IMG/VR virus record: IMGVR_UViG_3300008255_000393
Location: 1 to 27,643 of that record
DNA length: 27,643 nt
Strand: one strand, 5' to 3'
Source: a virus
Taxonomy: Duplodnaviria > Caudoviricetes
In this document: positions 26,201 through 27,643 of the stretch, piece after piece
How the letters are laid out: each line of letters begins with the position of its first letter
Position numbering within the stretch: position 1 is the first letter of the stretch
Program-made: the position numbers and the translations under genes
Notes under the pieces: generated by a model
Told to the model about the DNA's origin: nothing
Database searches by the model: none
Seen by the model: only the letters and a program-made list of their open reading frames with translations

Positions 26201-26838
26201 ATACATACACAGCACAAACTAACGCTGCTGAAGATATAACTAATATAACAGAGAGTTCTTCCGCTGATGTAGCCTCGGCTAAAGAAAATTTACAAACCCG
26301 TCTTGCAGATCTTGAGAATTCTTATAAAGAAGAAATGTTAGGGAAAACTGAAGCTCTAAAACAGATAATTAAACCTTCTGAAGTGAATATTGACGATGTT
26401 ACAAGTGTCAATGAATTTTCTTCTGATGAGTTTTCATCTGTATTTGATGATTTTATGAAAAAATTCAAATTAGCTAGATTTAATTTTCCAGGATATAATG
26501 TTGGTGGTATGGTAGATCATATTTCAGGATCAATTCCAGGAAAAGATTCAATAATGGCAGCTTTAACCCCTGGTGAATTCATAATAAAAGAGCCTGTTGT
26601 GAGACAATTGGGATCTGGATTCTTTGAAGCTATTAATAATTTTAGAATTCCTAAGTTTAATTTAGGTGGAGTTGTAGGACCTATTCAAAAGAGTATCACT
26701 GAATCAGTACAAAGCAATGTTGAACGTCATGCCCTTGACCTAACTATTAATGGCAAGCAGTATGAATCATTATATGGCAGCAGTATAGGCATTGGCGATC
26801 TTATAAATGACCTTACACTTGCCAAAATGAGGTCTTAA
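17233..26838 (+). CDS. tape measure protein (TP901-family core; 3201 aa)
   Basis: TKFSASEVAEGM..IGQAGF core, hydrophobic Ala/Gly region, coiled coils, YAxGG and GEF motifs. AGGAG at 17223-17227 favours ATG 17233. Confidence 0.92.
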   Translation: MADSTKRTIEIAVNVTGVESAAKLTSLAEKFTTLADAAKNVTTLLNSFKSAIDQIKFPKEFSNVVDSLKELSKVKKLPDLDNIAKGFEKLGKIGSNLPNLSPFITELKKFAGVKVPNITQVANVIKKLNESTLNIGEATTRLNKLYYSIKNFDGMKFPNMHSFIGGFKEFESLKIDAIATKIGQLGSAIRKLSESGSLKHFATFASDLRNLSSSLDRSVQSMGRTETAVRSLGNSFDSAGKQSKSFGDRLRNYMQYRIIADTIMGLQQAFRSGMSAIFEYDQALKDLQAITGATGLEVAQMGLKIKEVASGTKFSASEVAEGMRTIGQAGFSASEAIGTMQSVSDLATGTLSDMSTSVDLVTTAMRVFNIDASQSSRVSDVFANAVNKSKLTIDKLRTAMNYVGPIAKNAGVTFEEMSAAMMTLANSGIQASKIGTGLRRVFAELLSPSEKLQDAARNAGIALQELDPRTASLSDVFKNLKIVVSDAEVAFNLFGKRGTSAVLALTDSNSQFDSLLNSVGKSGTAAAMAAVQIEGLGVSFKNLKDKLGLLAIAIGELGITDVLRVLIDVSKSVVDAITAIADTALARFIGKGVIFVGSIWAIHKAFVAIQALNIGMIIGAAVGKMIALTAATITAQGAAAGLLLAFNPLIAVFAAATAGLIYMFSTLDNAKEAAEDAAILADKYAALGKTFQDHKVETSNMAEGSKELKEENLKLRASLLETASGMSEISDEAAEAAASINPLTGEIYKNGEALEKYNNELSRLSFQSLSDSAGAAGDNVEKQTSGINRVVNRWKDAFNQVGTLGEGVGNSIVSAWEGDFSAIPGIVGKALSKTSEYSEEFKKAFDFSKELNKGNKSFKEFSDYVNSLNMSNLTNQQKDLAESYKLLNERTDKFLSGLIESGKVDLNDTIENIKGIEEATELTGIELEAFIEKIKILKGLDSGGFSNVIEKWANDSELLNGRVSDMIPKFIELGGEIDASQATQIINGERIMRDLVDQYGQAKENLAADLAAGKDKEKAYKEFYAVEKSLLKQAADLNAETAKNTAAQVIISLQKAKDELTKSQNEINVKYKDNIELLVKYLMEAETKYETAKSKILGNVVDPKELLAQSKTIVGEITETYAGMYKDLELEVLNKTKTEKEAAAIRRSLEQKEAKEIIDIWNNANNLIIAQNDPDSPAVRSINNARRDAAIEQGKIEVEISKEIAEEQLKAKQNLFDREKEQRETNFAEYITIIEQQEQKGILTHEEAETAKMNASLDRYAEEYRMAKEFHDKIDEGQNPEAHQASLDALLNAEEAFYEEKGKFIETYNKQVEKLHNDLENKQDDLLKQEKAHSEKIKDINDDLADDLIEIAEDLAEKKTEAEYQYTIDVEALEYDLADKIKDIKKDLADDLKDIDEEILENKKKLNAELLDIESSTNDIEKDIRQRGMTDREKSTDNEKSIYRELKTIREGVAEAERAGDAEAIKHYQDRLKELQKESTGIDDKGKALSALHSVEKDMIATTKSADYVKTIELENEALKKQAEAKQKILDAEQDTSRAKAILDGKYDHELSLIDQVTDKKIASTKKASADAIEAENYRHNLVMDNLDTEIAKLNEKLQYSSNAAADASSSVLTEGSGSGAVSGTSGSSGGGKSNPIAEQAIRAKQAIVEMDTQMNETATNMIQKSKEIADTGFRSIEENGKIIFTNLSDAQRNAFQVMDEAMTGASESSMTAISESTKQGAAQIVEAVSQMKQSASDTEIPINVQQNPEIPDVQSKFPEDVKVPLKLDVDTVNNDVGVVTSSIMGLANVAVAPEINLNTEDANSKIKSIITDLGALAVRDANSITLDTSDVDVAARKISDLFDGIDPVEPKQKLQDMITTMHGMGPASSQVFNSMTKEIVDFANTIDGVDVSIDMNKVLAPDTWARGFMTITDGAGNLVDNLNKNVQSNPIDLFPRDQTLDIIRRIDNIAGAAELVQKQLDKESELKLDVTGAESNIDRLADEVIPNEELMMEVSGDTEPVEGSIEGLQQHLQDNGLDIKMVPDTQDAAAEFTAFTENPESYVMPVEVNSGESKEEINELKTELSSIDDSIEPIDAVVNKEELDAFVTEVDNLEDKEVSVSASGAVRSEEEVALLATAIKTIEDKDVTVDAEITGDTEVAQLGENLIALEDKTIAATADVTGLDEVEELSQSVDDLDDKEIKIEISLMSDGNDVEKRIDAVTDSITEFSNIEPEVTFNFDIDELEDIKGLIEELDGKGVLLQISVEGEDAVQQLSDLLSEINDNFNPLDITTTVEVEGKEEVAALKLLIEEIQGLAQRVIRIVAEVTGTSKVYELRDAIASLQDKIVNVTTRFHEEGKRPSGYAHGGEVEQYADGGNVFRRLANRYIGTGSGHKDDVPALLMKGEFVHRTAAVQKYGKRFMEMVNSGLYPVELAKKAIYKYATGGSVDLNINPSIDTTGFVQQFASGGMVMSNMLSSLKKKLFEMLGSSLGSDVSLNIDKVQLNNEITQKADSVTSQLGVDSLKTMANNFDGAVQKLASGGSINEERIKIEKEAQEIYNTYNEQVVEAKRDGNDEIAAILAAEKEKLQEVSEALTSELIAIQNTYNESVAQKEEESAEEQASIQSEYDRDASDEEASYARDVEDDELNYRTQKEDDELDYRTQKEDYERNVAEEKAEYLKQVDEDTLDYAREKSDFDIDAIKSKEDLEEKLAEIEVEIADNQAKILSDLMKARDDVDEKIKALNKFGEKITNVRNTNNSRFFKDGYYRPVENYSYLEFDDDMNNFSLHKFESLIRSSYTGGTGKLGTEGAKDAQRELEAFWDEFTLANIALREYGISDARGLLDGGYGRASDPSAEISKQLGILIPSGGGKSVLESLSEILNKNINVGNENSSAAKKEKEINEYNEKEDERKSDWQRYEEDYKLETAQRDNEHSTNLADLDFDWERYNNEFKINTNRRDDEYKINTNRRDYDHDLKLSDLKEKYNIAMSNDSESLKESLAEFKNTYDTDTYTAQTNAAEDITNITESSSADVASAKENLQTRLADLENSYKEEMLGKTEALKQIIKPSEVNIDDVTSVNEFSSDEFSSVFDDFMKKFKLARFNFPGYNVGGMVDHISGSIPGKDSIMAALTPGEFIIKEPVVRQLGSGFFEAINNFRIPKFNLGGVVGPIQKSITESVQSNVERHALDLTINGKQYESLYGSSIGIGDLINDLTLAKMRS
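25102..25180 (+). repeat. 33-nt tandem repeat in the tape measure gene
   Basis: gaggatgatgaactt(a/g)attatcggacccaaaaa x2 plus a partial third copy. Confidence 0.9.
26029..26094 (+). repeat. 33-nt tandem repeat in the tape measure gene
   Basis: aaaat(t/c)aatactaacagacgtgat.. x2 (KINTNRRDDEY / KINTNRRDYDH). Confidence 0.85.
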
Positions 26839-26877
26839 AAATGTTTTTAAAATGTGTTTTTAACTATATAAAGGGGA

Positions 26878-27564
26878 ATGAAAATGTTGTATGATGATTA
26901 TGTGTGGAGATTATCTTCAACATCGCCCTTGGCAGTTGATATACAGCTCCCGAAAGATTTAGAATGGATTGATGAATTTACTTGGTCGCCAATACAACAA
27001 ACTGTATCTACTACATTAACAGGTGCTTTAGTTATTCAAGAGAGTAAGCAGAAGAAGGGAAGGCCAATAACACTACAAGGTAAAGATGATATGGGTTGGG
27101 TTGCAAGACTACTTGGAGATACTCTGATGCAAATGAGAGATTCAATTGGTCTTATTATGAATATACAACATGTGCATTGGAATGGATCAGCTTATGGTGA
27201 TGTTCTTTATGATTTTGATGTTATGTTCAGACATTATGAACCTCCTGTAGTTGATCTTGAAAGTGTTCTTAGATTTGACGGATTTGAGCCTGAGAGTTGG
27301 TATAAAGTGCGAAGTTTAAAATTTATGGAAGCTATTTCAGGGGCAGCTTCTCCTTGTTCAGCAAATGTTATATTGACATTAACAGGAGTATCCGGCACAT
27401 TCTTAATTGGAGAAGTTGTAGAGGTAACTTCAGGAGTAAAAATTGGCACTTTAGGAACTGTTCTCGGCTGGTCATCTCCAACATTACAGCTTTATGTCAA
27501 TGACGGATCAATAAATTCAGGAGCTACTATAACAGGACCATCAGGGTCTGCAAACGTGATATAG
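26878..27564 (+). CDS. distal tail / tail-tip protein
   Basis: Directly after the tape measure gene; LP.DLEWIDEFTWSP..Q....TLTGALVIQ....GRPITL motif seen in siphophage tail genes. Confidence 0.75.
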   Translation: MKMLYDDYVWRLSSTSPLAVDIQLPKDLEWIDEFTWSPIQQTVSTTLTGALVIQESKQKKGRPITLQGKDDMGWVARLLGDTLMQMRDSIGLIMNIQHVHWNGSAYGDVLYDFDVMFRHYEPPVVDLESVLRFDGFEPESWYKVRSLKFMEAISGAASPCSANVILTLTGVSGTFLIGEVVEVTSGVKIGTLGTVLGWSSPTLQLYVNDGSINSGATITGPSGSANVI

Positions 27565-27573
27565 GAATAAATT

Positions 27574-27643
27574 ATGACTGCAATAAATCAAAATGACATA
27601 AAGCTGATGGAATCTCAACGCCTGGATGATACCGATCAAGGCG
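27574..27643 (+). CDS. tail protein, 5' fragment (truncated by the window)
   Basis: ATG 27574: MTAINQNDIKLMESQRLDDTDQG..., a typical start of the gene following this distal tail type. Confidence 0.6.
   Translation, partial: MTAINQNDIKLMESQRLDDTDQG

Noticed and set aside
6274-27449. Many minus-strand ORFs opposite structural genes, and short alternative-frame ORFs other than 9386..9811
   Set aside because: Shadows of the coding strand's codon bias; no motifs or RBS noticed.
1-27643. Stop-codon reassignment (prompted by TAG 71-73 and TAA 9350)
   Set aside because: Long genes are intact under the standard code, and TAG, TAA and TGA all end well-packed genes.

Overview
A fragment of a tailed dsDNA phage (siphovirus-like, AT-rich) with two divergent arms. 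Left (1-~3980, minus strand): small early/accessory genes, including a DUF932-like gene, separated by four copies of a conserved, covarying RNA hairpin and two families of repeated ribosome-binding cassettes. Middle (~4000-6100): AT-rich non-coding region with direct and tandem repeats. Right (6113-end, plus strand): RHH-like regulator, small terminase, an inserted basic ORF, intein-containing large terminase, portal, scaffold, P22-like major capsid, head-tail proteins, tail tube, tail chaperones with a -1 frameshift, a ~3200-aa tape measure protein and distal tail genes. The most striking feature is the terminase intein. Its centre has no in-frame endonuclease. It instead hides an HNH/zinc-finger endonuclease gene, with its own RBS and ATG, in the -1 frame, now interrupted by a stop codon that is silent in the terminase frame. 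All family assignments are from motif recognition by eye, not database searches.
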